Of a stretch of 29,694 nucleotides of DNA, positions 16,020-25,773 are shown one piece after another. The translations under genes and the position numbers were made by a program. Below the pieces are notes generated by a model. The model made no database searches and was not told the DNA's origin. It saw only the letters and a program-made list of their open reading frames with translations. Location: assembly GCA_046757025.1 (NCBI GenBank), contig JBHHXN010000054.1, positions 1-29,694 on the forward strand, in the 5' to 3' direction. Source of the stretch: a bacterium. GTDB taxonomy: Bacteria; Zhuqueibacterota; Zhuqueibacteria; Oceanimicrobiales; Oceanimicrobiaceae. The stretch's first letter is position 1; every line of letters starts with the position of its first letter.

Positions 16020-18746
16020 ATGAAGATTCATTCAACTCGTTTGATAAATCCAATAATGATTATCATTCTGTTAAATGGTTTCGGAAGCTGGGTTTGTTCA
16101 AAAAATCCCCCTCTCGATCCGGAGGACCATTCACAGGAAAGTCTGATTTTTTTGATTAGCTTACAGAGCCGACCCGCGGTTCTGGCGCCGGGTGACAGCG
16201 CCACCATTTATGCAAAATTAGTGGACCAGGATGGTCAGCCGGTTGCCGGCGATACCGTGCAATTTACCTCGAATCTCGGCAACATCTCACCGTCTTCCAG
16301 TACCACCAACGACTCCGGCCTGGCGGTGACCACCTTCCGGGCGCCCGCTCAAACCGGTACCGCCACCATCAAAGGCATCTATCAGGGTAACCAAACGCAA
16401 GTACTGAATGTGGAAATACAAAATAACACACCGAATTCCATTACCCTTGAAGCCGAAAAAAACAGCCTGTTGGCAGACGGCGCCAGCACGACAGAAATAT
16501 ATTCCACCTGGCTGACAGAGGATGGTCAGCCGCTCATAAGCATTTCGGTGTCGTTTCAAACCTCCGTTGGCAGCATCACGGCTTCGGCGGTGACCGACTC
16601 CGCCGGCAAAGCCACGGCCTTATTGACTTCGGCCGCCAGCAGGGAGGACTTAACTGCAAACATTACCGCCACGAGTTCTGGACTGCAGGCTTCCACCCAG
16701 GTTCTTTTCAAGGGAATCGAATTTACGCTGTCTGCCGTGCCCATGAATTTAATCGCCGATGGCAAGAACCGCGCCACCATCACCGGTATCTTAAAAGAAG
16801 CCCGTTCGCATATTGCCATTGCCGGTGCAACGGTCACATTCGGAACAGATTTGGGCACCATTCCAAATTCAGCCATCAGCAATTCCAGCGGGGTGGTAGA
16901 GGTTGAATTGACCAGCTCGCTGCAAACCGGTTTGGCAACCGTGACCGCGAATGTAGGAAACAAATTAACTGAAACCGTGCAGGTGAGCTGCAGTCAGTCG
17001 CTGCCGGCATTTATCAATTTAACCGCTTCCCCCACCATCATTGTAGCCGACAATCAGAGTGAAGCAAAAATCACTGCCATGGTGACGGATCAGGACAACA
17101 ATCCTGTGCCCGATGGCACGCAAGTAACTTTCGAAATCGTCGATGGCACGGGCACCATTGAATCAAACAAAGCCACTGTGTCGGGAGTAGCGATCAGTAA
17201 ACTCACCAGCAGCATCCAGCCCGATACGGTCACGATTGTCGGACGGGTGGATGATTTGACTGATACCACCACCGTGCAGTACATCGTTGGTGAAGCAGCC
17301 GCAATAAAAGTGACAGCAGATTCGCTGTCCTTGCCGGCGAACGGCATTTCGGGCTTGAATATTCGCGCCCACGTATTTGATGCCGTAGGTCATGCGGTCC
17401 GGGATGGCACCAAAGTAGATTTTACCACGGATTTGGGCGAAATCACTTCCACAGCGCAGACCGTGGCCGGCGTGGCCTCCGCGCAATTTACCAGCAGCGT
17501 AACAGGCATTGCCACCGTGAAGGCCTCGGTTGGCGGCGTGGTCGATGAGTTGTCGATTCAATTGTTGCCCGGTCCGCCTAACAGCATTTTACTGAGTTTT
17601 GATCCACAAACTCTGGGTGTGAAAGACTCCGGTCGCAACCAGGCCCTGACCATCACTGCCGTCGTGGTGGATAGTAAAAACAATCCGGTTCGCGATGGTA
17701 CCTTTGTGAAATTTTCTATTTTTGCGTCGCCTGGAGGCGGTGAATTTTTAAGTTCAACCGAACCCATCCCCACTTTGAATGGCCAGGCGCAAGTTTCTTT
17801 AAACAGCGGTATTCGTTCGGGAGCCGTGCGCATCATGGCGCAGGTGACGGACGAATTGGGGGTGCCGATTGCAGGGGTGAGCGCCGCCACCACCGAAGTC
17901 CTGATCCATGCAGGTCCGCCTTACATCGAGAACGTCAACGACCGGGGAACCAGCCATTTAACCGTCGGCGTGAAGCCGTTGAATGTATTTGGCTGGGAAC
18001 CTCTAAACGTAAACAGCGCCACGGTAACCGTAGTGGTTGGGGACAAATTTAATAATCCCGTGCCCGCGGGAACAGCGGTTTATTTAACCACCTCCGGCGG
18101 GGTGGTAATCACACAGGCTTTTACGGACGATCAGGGCGTCGCCACTGTCACGATTCATACCGGCCAGCCGAATCCGGATATCACACGTTTTTACAACACT
18201 TTTTTTGATCCGAACGATACGCATGCCGATTTTACTTTAAGTACGAATGTCATACCTGGACCGATTCCGGATTTTGAACACGGAGAAGTTTTTAATTCAG
18301 TAGGAAACTACGATGAAAACGACGGCATCGCACGCATCCTGGCGGTGACCGAAGGCTTGGATAGAAACGGCAGCTCGGCGCGTGCCTGGTCTGTGGTGGG
18401 ACTGGTTTTTTCAGGAATCATCGATGTTTTTGATATTCAGGTGTCGGACACCACGCTCAGTCCTGGAGAAACCGCCAGCATCGACTTTAAAATTTACGAT
18501 GTCAACGGCAACCCGATTGTGCCGGGATCAGAAATTATTGTGAAATCAAAAGCGGGTGAGCTTTCGTGGAACAGTTTTATCACCAGCGACCCAGGCGTGA
18601 CTCGCTATCATGTACAACTCACAAACGATATTGATCCCAGCGATCCGGAAGCTCAGGCAAAAGTCACCACCGTCACCATCGAAGTCAAAAGTGAAAACGG
18701 CAACATCATAAAATCATCGCAACCCATTTTTCTGGATATCAATTAA
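16020..18746 (+). CDS. Invasin/intimin-like Ig (Big_1) repeat surface protein, probable lipoprotein
   Basis: About eight repeats with ADG...ITA.V.D...NPV.DGT.V.F.T..G and T...G.A motifs; hydrophobic N-terminus ending SWV-C. Start uncertain (TTG 15996 or ATG 16020). Confidence 0.85.
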   Translation: MKIHSTRLINPIMIIILLNGFGSWVCSKNPPLDPEDHSQESLIFLISLQSRPAVLAPGDSATIYAKLVDQDGQPVAGDTVQFTSNLGNISPSSSTTNDSGLAVTTFRAPAQTGTATIKGIYQGNQTQVLNVEIQNNTPNSITLEAEKNSLLADGASTTEIYSTWLTEDGQPLISISVSFQTSVGSITASAVTDSAGKATALLTSAASREDLTANITATSSGLQASTQVLFKGIEFTLSAVPMNLIADGKNRATITGILKEARSHIAIAGATVTFGTDLGTIPNSAISNSSGVVEVELTSSLQTGLATVTANVGNKLTETVQVSCSQSLPAFINLTASPTIIVADNQSEAKITAMVTDQDNNPVPDGTQVTFEIVDGTGTIESNKATVSGVAISKLTSSIQPDTVTIVGRVDDLTDTTTVQYIVGEAAAIKVTADSLSLPANGISGLNIRAHVFDAVGHAVRDGTKVDFTTDLGEITSTAQTVAGVASAQFTSSVTGIATVKASVGGVVDELSIQLLPGPPNSILLSFDPQTLGVKDSGRNQALTITAVVVDSKNNPVRDGTFVKFSIFASPGGGEFLSSTEPIPTLNGQAQVSLNSGIRSGAVRIMAQVTDELGVPIAGVSAATTEVLIHAGPPYIENVNDRGTSHLTVGVKPLNVFGWEPLNVNSATVTVVVGDKFNNPVPAGTAVYLTTSGGVVITQAFTDDQGVATVTIHTGQPNPDITRFYNTFFDPNDTHADFTLSTNVIPGPIPDFEHGEVFNSVGNYDENDGIARILAVTEGLDRNGSSARAWSVVGLVFSGIIDVFDIQVSDTTLSPGETASIDFKIYDVNGNPIVPGSEIIVKSKAGELSWNSFITSDPGVTRYHVQLTNDIDPSDPEAQAKVTTVTIEVKSENGNIIKSSQPIFLDIN

Positions 18747-18757
18747 CCCAATCTACC

Positions 18758-19540
18758 ATGCCATTTCAGCGGCCATATTTTGCTTGCTTCATTATAATAT
18801 TTTTGTCTGCGGTGCCGGTGGATAACTTTGCCCAGCCCGTCGGCAGTCCCATTTTTTCTGCAAGCCGCGGTGAATTGACTCTCAGCTTTAATGGTGGCTA
18901 TTTGGTAAAAAGTATTCAGGGAGTTGAAAACGATTCACCAAGATTTTTAGCGAAAGCCGTTTATGGTTTAACTAGCTATCTGGAGCTGTTTGCAGTAATG
19001 GGCGCTGCAAAGATAAATCTTGATTTGCTTGAAAATCCCTCTGTCAACTATCGCGATGATTATCATTTAGCCTTTGGCGCCGGATTGACTCTTAGAGTGT
19101 TTCATTTCAAACCCGCAAAATTTTATTTGTTTTTGAATGGCCAGGTTTTTAGATTTACGGGAAAGCCCGCTCATGAAGATTTGAGCGTCGTTTCAAACTC
19201 CGAGGTCATGAAACGATCCGTGCTGGAATACGATTGGCGGGAAGTATTAGGCAGTGCCGGCAGCGCGAAACGATTTGGAAAGTGGCGGTTTATTGCCGGT
19301 GTTCAAGGAAAAATTATTCAAAGAAATGAAACCAAAACTACTATATTTAGTATTATAGGCAATACAGGAACACAAAATATTCAGCATGGAACCTATAAAA
19401 GCGGCTTGCAATTCAACCCAATTCTGGGTGTTGAATTTCAACTGCCATCTCGATTTAAACTCAATTTGGAAGTTATAGGACACCGCTCAACGGATTTTAT
19501 GATAAACGTCGGCATCAGTCAAACGGGTAAACCTTCCTGA
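18758..19540 (+). CDS. Hypothetical exported protein, probable outer-membrane beta-barrel
   Basis: Signal peptide ending NFA-Q; alternating hydrophobic/aromatic beta-strand patterns (AVYGLTSYLELFAVMG, LAFGAGLTLRVF, ILGVEFQL); starts 11 nt after the Ig-repeat gene. Confidence 0.6.
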   Translation: MPFQRPYFACFIIIFLSAVPVDNFAQPVGSPIFSASRGELTLSFNGGYLVKSIQGVENDSPRFLAKAVYGLTSYLELFAVMGAAKINLDLLENPSVNYRDDYHLAFGAGLTLRVFHFKPAKFYLFLNGQVFRFTGKPAHEDLSVVSNSEVMKRSVLEYDWREVLGSAGSAKRFGKWRFIAGVQGKIIQRNETKTTIFSIIGNTGTQNIQHGTYKSGLQFNPILGVEFQLPSRFKLNLEVIGHRSTDFMINVGISQTGKPS

Positions 19541-19850
19541 ACAATTCTGAGCTGGGGTATTAATTTAAGACGATTTATTACATTTTTATAACTTGGAAAA
19601 AACGGCATTATTTTATAATTTCAATCTGATTGAGGAGTTGTTTTGATTTAGTAACCTGCATTTGTTTAACAACTGAATCAGGTTTGTTTCATGCGATAGC
19701 CGTAAATTAGAGGAAGAAAAGAGGCTCGATTTTATCCATTTCAACCCTTTGCAAAGTATAATTAAGAAACGATTTCCCTGAAAAGAATTCCAATTTCGAA
19801 TAACTTCGTCTTATGAACTGTAACGCAGTCTAAAGGAATTGTAAAAGCTT

Positions 19851-20792
19851 ATGAAATTTAAAAAACCGAATAAGCATGACAAAGTGCGAATGATATTTTA
19901 TTCAAACGGTGATTCCGAAAGTCGACAATTCGAATTCAATTTGCAGAAATTGTTCGTGATGATTATGTTGACAGCGGTGGTCATGGGGGCGGTTTTCCTG
20001 ACCTCTGTAACCATTACGAATGGTCTGAATCAAAACAATATCAACAATAAATTGAAAAAAACCAATTTGTATTTGAGTGAGCAAGTGACCAAACTACAGG
20101 ACAACATCCAAGTTCTTCAGAAAAAAATTAACAGCCTGGAAGAGGACACCGAGGATTTAGAAGTGCTGGCAGGTTTGACTTCTTCAACGGTTGACAGCAA
20201 TTTAATGTTTCATTCGTTTTCAGAAGACAACAAGCAACTCGCCATTGCCACCATCCCCATCGATTATGACTATTCTGTTGATAAAATGGATGCGTATTTG
20301 AATGATCTTGAGTATCGAATCAAAAGAGCCAGTGAAATACAGGGGTTGATCGAAGATAAATTTTTACAAACACGAAACACCATCGAGCATGTTCCTTCCA
20401 TTCGTCCGGTGCAGGGTGGGAGGATTACGGATAAATTTGGCATTCGAAAAGATCCTTTTGTCGAAAGAGTTAAACATCACAATGGCATTGATTTGACGGC
20501 TCGTTATGGCACGAAAGTCTATGCCGCGGCAGCCGGGGTAGTCGAGTTTGTACGCACAAAATATCGCTTGAATGCCGGCTACGGCCGAGTCGTCATCATA
20601 AATCACGGTAACGGCTATAAAACGTTGTATGGTCATCTATCAAAAATTAAAGTCAAAAAAGGCCAGAAAGTAAAACGCTGGGACGTCATCGGTCTTTCGG
20701 GCAACACCGGCCGCGCCACCGGACCGCATTTGCATTACGAAGTCTGGAAAGACCGACGCGCTAAAAATCCCGAAAATTATATGTTGAATTAA
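19851..20792 (+). CDS. M23-family metallopeptidase with an N-terminal TM helix and coiled coil
   Basis: HNGID, YGHL and TGPHLHYEV Zn motifs. Confidence 0.93.
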   Translation: MKFKKPNKHDKVRMIFYSNGDSESRQFEFNLQKLFVMIMLTAVVMGAVFLTSVTITNGLNQNNINNKLKKTNLYLSEQVTKLQDNIQVLQKKINSLEEDTEDLEVLAGLTSSTVDSNLMFHSFSEDNKQLAIATIPIDYDYSVDKMDAYLNDLEYRIKRASEIQGLIEDKFLQTRNTIEHVPSIRPVQGGRITDKFGIRKDPFVERVKHHNGIDLTARYGTKVYAAAAGVVEFVRTKYRLNAGYGRVVIINHGNGYKTLYGHLSKIKVKKGQKVKRWDVIGLSGNTGRATGPHLHYEVWKDRRAKNPENYMLN

Positions 20793-20930
20793 AAGTTCGA
20801 AATTAATTTCCGCGATTTGAATCCTGATTTTCGTTTTTCTCCTGTCGTTTCATAGACCTGAATTTCGCAGTGACGTTTCTGGAATATGTTTGGTTTGCAA
20901 GACCATCCAATCTCACTAAGTCCATCGCTC

Positions 20931-20957
20931 TCGTTCCCAAATTTTATTCAGGAACGA
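20931..20957. repeat. Degenerate REP-like palindrome of a further family
   Basis: TCGTTCC-CAAATTTTATTCA-GGAACGA inverted repeat in intergenic DNA. Confidence 0.45.
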
Positions 20958-21007
20958 ATGCTTTTTGCACTCAAACTACGGTCTTATCCATAACTTCCAC
21001 ATTTTTC

Positions 21008-21036
21008 TTGACAATTTAATAAATATTTTGTAATAT
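21008..21036 (+). promoter_or_regulatory. Sigma70 promoter of the pyr operon
   Basis: TTGACA-N17-TAATAT. Confidence 0.85.
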
Positions 21037-21099
21037 GCTGTTCGAATTTTAAGAGTCAAACCACTTAATGAATTTAAATTAACTCATTGAGAATACCCT

Positions 21100-21130
21100 G
21101 CCTTCTCGTGCACTCGCAGAAGGCTTTTTT
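21100..21130 (+). terminator. Leader terminator (attenuator) upstream of pyrR
   Basis: GCCTTCT-loop-AGAAGGC followed by TTTTTT, between the promoter and the pyrR start. Confidence 0.75.
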
Positions 21131-21144
21131 ATGATTGCTCGCTC

Positions 21145-21687
21145 ATGGCAGAGAACAAATCAACGCAAATTATCGATTCCGAAGGATTAAACAAAGCCAT
21201 CACACGCCTGGCCCATGAAATCGTGGAGGGCAATCGCGGGGTGGAAAACGTGGTAATTGTGGGAATCAGAACTCGAGGCGTGCCGCTTGCCGAACGCATT
21301 ATCGCAAAAATTGAACAATTCGAAAAACAAAGATTACCTTTGGGCATTTTGGATATCACCATGTATCGCGACGATGTTTTCAAAAAAATTAAACAGCCCA
21401 AAGTGAGAACCACAGAAATCGATTTTGAAATTGACGGCAAAATCGTGGTATTGGTAGATGACGTACTTTTCACGGGACGAACGGTGCGAGCAGCGCTGGA
21501 TGCCACCATCGATTTTGGCCGACCGACGAAAATTCAACTGGCGGTGCTGGTCGATCGCGGCCACCGAGAATTACCGATTTGCGCCAATTATGTCGGCGAA
21601 ATGATCACGACTTCAGTGGAGGATGAAGTCAAAGTTTACATGAAGGAATTGGATCATACCGAGGGAGTTTTTTTGGTGAAACCATAA
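21145..21687 (+). CDS. pyrR: Bifunctional pyrimidine attenuation regulator / uracil phosphoribosyltransferase
   Basis: RLAHEIVE, GIRTRG, LDITMYRDD, VDDVLFTGRT, DRGHRELPI. Confidence 0.97.
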   Translation: MAENKSTQIIDSEGLNKAITRLAHEIVEGNRGVENVVIVGIRTRGVPLAERIIAKIEQFEKQRLPLGILDITMYRDDVFKKIKQPKVRTTEIDFEIDGKIVVLVDDVLFTGRTVRAALDATIDFGRPTKIQLAVLVDRGHRELPICANYVGEMITTSVEDEVKVYMKELDHTEGVFLVKP

Positions 21688-21695
21688 AGGTAAAT

Positions 21696-22643
21696 TTGTT
21701 GGAATTTAACCGGAAACATTTATTAGGTTTAGAAGGCTTTACAAAAAAAGAAATATTATTTATTTTAGACACTGCGGAATCTTTTAAAGAAGTCCTGACC
21801 CGCCCCATTCCCAAAGTGCCTACCTTGCGTGGAAAAACCGTGGTGAATTTGTTTTTTGAAGCTTCCACGCGAACGCGATTTTCCTTTGAATTAGCTGAAA
21901 AAAGACTTTCTGCCGATTCGGTGAATTTTTCAGCCTCCTCCTCTTCGGTGCTGAAAGGGGAAACCCTGCGAGATACCGTTCGCAATCTGGAGGCCATGAA
22001 GATCGACCTGGTGGTGATGCGCCACCGGGCGGCCGGCGCGCCGCATTTTCTCACCAACTGCATCGAATCGTCCATCATCAATGCCGGGGATGGCCAGCAC
22101 GAACATCCTACTCAAGGCCTCCTGGATTTGATGACTTTGGTGAACAAATTCGATGATCTGCAGGAGTGCAAAGTTGCCATTGTTGGCGACATAAAACACA
22201 GCCGGGTGGCCAGATCAAACATTTACGGTTTGCAAGCGCTGGGTGCAGAAGTGGCGCTCTGCGGCCCTTCTACGCTGATTCCGGTGGAAGCGGAACAGTG
22301 GCAGACAGAAATATTTCACAATGTGGACGAAGCCATCGAATGGGCGGATGTGTTGAATATTTTGAGAATCCAACTGGAACGACAGCAAATGGGGCTTTTC
22401 CCCTCCATTCGGGAATATCACCAGCTTTATGGTATTACCCGCAAACGGCTGGAACAAGCTAAAAAAGATGTGACGATTTTGCATCCCGGCCCCATCAATC
22501 GCGGAGTGGAAATCGAAAGCGAGCTGGCCGATAGTGAATTTTCCCTGATTTTAAATCAGGTCACCAACGGCTTAGCCGTGCGCATGGCGGTGCTGTATTT
22601 GTTGAGCGGCGGTAAATCAGCCGAAGCGCTGGAAGAGGGATAA
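21696..22643 (+). CDS. pyrB: Aspartate carbamoyltransferase catalytic subunit
   Basis: FFEASTRTR, NAGDG.HEHPTQ, HSRVARS, HPGP; TTG start. Confidence 0.97.
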   Translation: MLEFNRKHLLGLEGFTKKEILFILDTAESFKEVLTRPIPKVPTLRGKTVVNLFFEASTRTRFSFELAEKRLSADSVNFSASSSSVLKGETLRDTVRNLEAMKIDLVVMRHRAAGAPHFLTNCIESSIINAGDGQHEHPTQGLLDLMTLVNKFDDLQECKVAIVGDIKHSRVARSNIYGLQALGAEVALCGPSTLIPVEAEQWQTEIFHNVDEAIEWADVLNILRIQLERQQMGLFPSIREYHQLYGITRKRLEQAKKDVTILHPGPINRGVEIESELADSEFSLILNQVTNGLAVRMAVLYLLSGGKSAEALEEG

Positions 22644-22703
22644 ACGACAAAAAAGGACACTCTATTTCTATTGAAACGAAATGAAACTCAGTTGGGATAG
22701 TAA

Positions 22704-24008
22704 ATGAGCTTAGCAGAATTAGTAAAACCTGCTGGTAAGATGCTGTTTAAAAACGCACAGATCGTGGATCCTGACAAACTTACGCAAACGCCCGGCGATG
22801 TGTTGATTGAAGATGGAAAGCTTCAACAAATCGGCAAGGTGACTTCGGGTCAATTCAAAGGCGAAATCGTCGATGTTGAAGGCTGCGTTTTGTGTCCGGG
22901 TTTGATCGACATGCACGTGCATTTCCGGGAGCCGGGAAGAGAAGACGAAGAAACCGTGGAGTCCGGCACCGAAGCCGCCATGATGGGCGGATTTACCAGT
23001 GTCTGTACCATGCCCAATACCGAACCGCCGGTGGACAACGCCGAAGTAGTGGAATTTCTCAAAAAGCGTTCAAAAGATCTGTTGGTGGACGTCTATCCAA
23101 TCGCGGCGGTCACGAAGGGCCGGCTAGGAATGGAGCTGACAGAAATGGGCGAGCTGATGGCAACCGGCGCGGTGGCTTTTTCCGATGACGGCGATCCTGT
23201 GGCCACCGCAGGCATGATGCGCCGAGCCTTGGAGTACGCCAGCATGTTCGACGCGCCCATCATCGATCATTGTGAGGATAAATCACTTTCTGAAAACGGT
23301 TGTATGCATGAGGGCGAAATCTCCACGCGACTTGGGTTGCCGGGGATTCCTGGAATTTCTGAGGAGATCATCGTGGCGCGGGATATTCAAATTGCCGAAT
23401 TCACCCGCGGTCGGCTGCACCTTGCCCACATTTCGACAGCGGGCTCCGTCGAATTGATCCGCCATGCTAAAGCGCGCGGTGTAAATGTGACCTGCGAAGT
23501 GATGACGCACCATTTTGCCTTGGATCATCGCGTGGTGCTGAATTACGATTCGAACACAAAAATGAATCCACCCCTGCGATCTCCCAAAGATGTTCAGGCG
23601 TTGCTGGCGGGTTTAAAAGATGGCACAATCGATGTGATTGCCACTGATCACGCTCCCCATTCCATTGAAGAAAAGGAGACCGAGTTTGAAGCCGCCCCAT
23701 TTGGAATTACGGGTCTTGAGACAGCATTGGGTCTGGTGCTCACGCAGCTTGTGGAACCGGGCATATTAGCTCTACCGCAAGCCATCGCAAAAATGACCAG
23801 GAACCCTGCTGAAATTCTTCGTCTTGAGCGCGGTAAATTTAAAGTCGGTGCACCGGCTTCCATCACGGTCTTTGATCCAAATCACGAGTGGACTGTGGAC
23901 AAAAAGCGCATGCTGTCCAAGTCGAAAAATACGCCGTTTGAGGGTTGGAAGTTAAAAGGAAAAGTTTTTGGATTGTATAACAACGGCTTGTGGTGGAGAA
24001 ATGATTAA
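22704..24008 (+). CDS. pyrC: Dihydroorotase (class I)
   Basis: [10 protein letters not shown] metal ligands intact, [18 protein letters not shown]. Confidence 0.96.
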   Translation: MSLAELVKPAGKMLFKNAQIVDPDKLTQTPGDVLIEDGKLQQIGKVTSGQFKGEIVDVEGCVLCPGLIDMHVHFREPGREDEETVESGTEAAMMGGFTSVCTMPNTEPPVDNAEVVEFLKKRSKDLLVDVYPIAAVTKGRLGMELTEMGELMATGAVAFSDDGDPVATAGMMRRALEYASMFDAPIIDHCEDKSLSENGCMHEGEISTRLGLPGIPGISEEIIVARDIQIAEFTRGRLHLAHISTAGSVELIRHAKARGVNVTCEVMTHHFALDHRVVLNYDSNTKMNPPLRSPKDVQALLAGLKDGTIDVIATDHAPHSIEEKETEFEAAPFGITGLETALGLVLTQLVEPGILALPQAIAKMTRNPAEILRLERGKFKVGAPASITVFDPNHEWTVDKKRMLSKSKNTPFEGWKLKGKVFGLYNNGLWWRND

Positions 24009-24049
24009 CGAGTCTATCGAATCTCTTACTGGTAGAAAGAAACAAGAAC

Positions 24050-24592
24050 ATGCACGTGCCAAAAAAGTTGTTTTTTACAAAAGGGGTTGGGAAACATCGA
24101 GAGAAATTGACCAGCTTCGAGCTGGCCCTGAGAAACGCAAAAATTGCCAAATACAATTTAGTGCAGGTATCAAGCATTTTTCCTCCGTATTGCAAAATTG
24201 TCCCTAAAAATGAAGGATTGAAAGAGCTCACACCCGGTCAAATTGTTTACGTGGTTTTAAGCCAGTGTGCGACCAATGAGCCGCATCGGCTGATTGCGGC
24301 TTCCATCGGTGTGGCCATCCCGAAAGATCGCAGCCATTACGGCTATCTTTCGGAACATCACAGTTATGGTCAAACCGATGACATGGCCGGCGATTATGCA
24401 GAAGACCTGGCCGCAAGCATGCTCGCCACCATTTTAGGCGTGGACTTCGATCCCGATGATTCCTGGGATAAAAAAAAAGAAATCTGGCGAATCAGTGGTG
24501 AAATCGTTAAAACCCGAAACATTAGTCAATCGGCCATCGGCGACAAAAAAGGATTGTGGACCACAGTTTTGGCTGGAGCGGTCTTAATTTAA
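24050..24592 (+). CDS. pdaD: Pyruvoyl-dependent arginine decarboxylase
   Basis: [20 protein letters not shown] (Ser-Ser autocleavage site), GYLSEHH. Confidence 0.92.
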   Translation: MHVPKKLFFTKGVGKHREKLTSFELALRNAKIAKYNLVQVSSIFPPYCKIVPKNEGLKELTPGQIVYVVLSQCATNEPHRLIAASIGVAIPKDRSHYGYLSEHHSYGQTDDMAGDYAEDLAASMLATILGVDFDPDDSWDKKKEIWRISGEIVKTRNISQSAIGDKKGLWTTVLAGAVLI

Positions 24593-24600
24593 ACTCTGTT

Positions 24601-25473
24601 ATGGAATCGACTGTCAGCAAACATCAGTTTTTAGATTTACCGCAACATTTGTGCGATCCCGAAAAAGCGGCGGTGGCGGTTCTGGGTTTTCCCTATGAAA
24701 AAACCACCAGTTATGTAAAAGGCACCTTAAACGGTCCTCATGCTATCATCGCGGCTTCCAGTCAGATTGAGTTTTATGATGAAGAGCTGGATTTTGAGCC
24801 TTGTGTTGTTGGAATCAGCACAGAAATGCCCGTGGCTCATTTCGAAGCGGAGTCCGAAAAAGCGCTGGCTCAAATTGCCGTGGCTAGTGAAGAGAAATTG
24901 CTACGGCAACAAATGGTCGTTGGGCTTGGAGGTGAACATACCATTTCGTATGGAATTATACGGGCGTATAAAAAGTTCTTTCCGGACATTTGGGTATTGC
25001 AGCTGGATGCGCACAGCGACTTACGGGATACGTATCAAAACTCGCTATATAATCACGCTTGCGTCATGTCGCGCATAAGTGCAATCTGCCCCTTTGTTGG
25101 TGTTGGAATTCGCAGCGGTATCGCCGGTGAGCGAGAAAAGTTAATGCCGCCGTCAAAATTATTTTATGCTTACGAAATGCACCAAAATCCAAATTGGGCA
25201 GAAGAGGCATTGAGCAATTTAGGGGATCCGGTGTTCATAACCATCGATCTGGATTTTTTCGATCCCGGAGTGATGCCTTCCGTTGGCACACCCGAACCCG
25301 GCGGATTTCATTGGGTGGAAACCCTGGCATTTCTAAAAAAGGTGACGCGCTCGAGAAACGTTGTTGGTTTTGATGTCGTAGAGCTCTCCCCTAAACCGGG
25401 TGCAGTGGCTTCGGACTTTTTTGCGGCTAAATTGATTTACAAATTGATCGGATATGTTTTTGCTGACAAGTAA
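24601..25473 (+). CDS. speB: Agmatinase
   Basis: GGEHTIS, DAHSD, IDLDFFD, GTPEPGG, DVVE ureohydrolase motifs; adjacent to arginine decarboxylase; ATG 24601 preferred. Confidence 0.92.
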   Translation: MESTVSKHQFLDLPQHLCDPEKAAVAVLGFPYEKTTSYVKGTLNGPHAIIAASSQIEFYDEELDFEPCVVGISTEMPVAHFEAESEKALAQIAVASEEKLLRQQMVVGLGGEHTISYGIIRAYKKFFPDIWVLQLDAHSDLRDTYQNSLYNHACVMSRISAICPFVGVGIRSGIAGEREKLMPPSKLFYAYEMHQNPNWAEEALSNLGDPVFITIDLDFFDPGVMPSVGTPEPGGFHWVETLAFLKKVTRSRNVVGFDVVELSPKPGAVASDFFAAKLIYKLIGYVFADK

Positions 25474-25477
25474 TGCA

Positions 25478-25663
25478 TACGGTTATCCAGTTAACTCAGC
25501 CCTCATCCAGGATTGTCATTCTGAGCGATCCCGCTCAGCGGGAGAGCGAAGAATCTCATGCTACTGAGCTTGTTGATTGAATAAATACAGTTTGGTGGTC
25601 TGAGATTCTTCAGTCGCTTCGCTTCTTCAGAATGACATTTTCTGAGCTAATTGGATAACCGTA
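25478..25663. mobile_element. Intact MITE with 22-bp TIRs, a 9-bp target duplication and an internal REP-like pair
   Basis: TACGGTTATCCAGTTAACTCAG / CTGAGCTAATTGGATAACCGTA (20/22). AGTAATGCA is duplicated at 25469-25477 and 25664-25672. Internal GTCATTCTGA..GAAGAATCTCA / TGAGATTCTTC..TCAGAATGAC at 25515-25636. Confidence 0.9.
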
Positions 25664-25704
25664 AGTAATGCAACATAAATTTATAATTTTGAATAAGAAA
25701 AACC

Positions 25705-25733
25705 TTGACAATTTCTAAATTTATTGTTACTTT
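25705..25733 (+). promoter_or_regulatory. Sigma70 promoter of the rplM operon
   Basis: TTGACA-N17-TACTTT with an extended -10 TG. Confidence 0.85.
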
Positions 25734-25773
25734 CGAGACTCATTTTTTATAAATTATGCAGGGAGAATGTAAG

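Noticed and set aside
22681..22707. 8-codon ORF (MKLSWDSK) overlapping the pyrC start
   Set aside because: Too short, with no supporting leader structure; likely chance.
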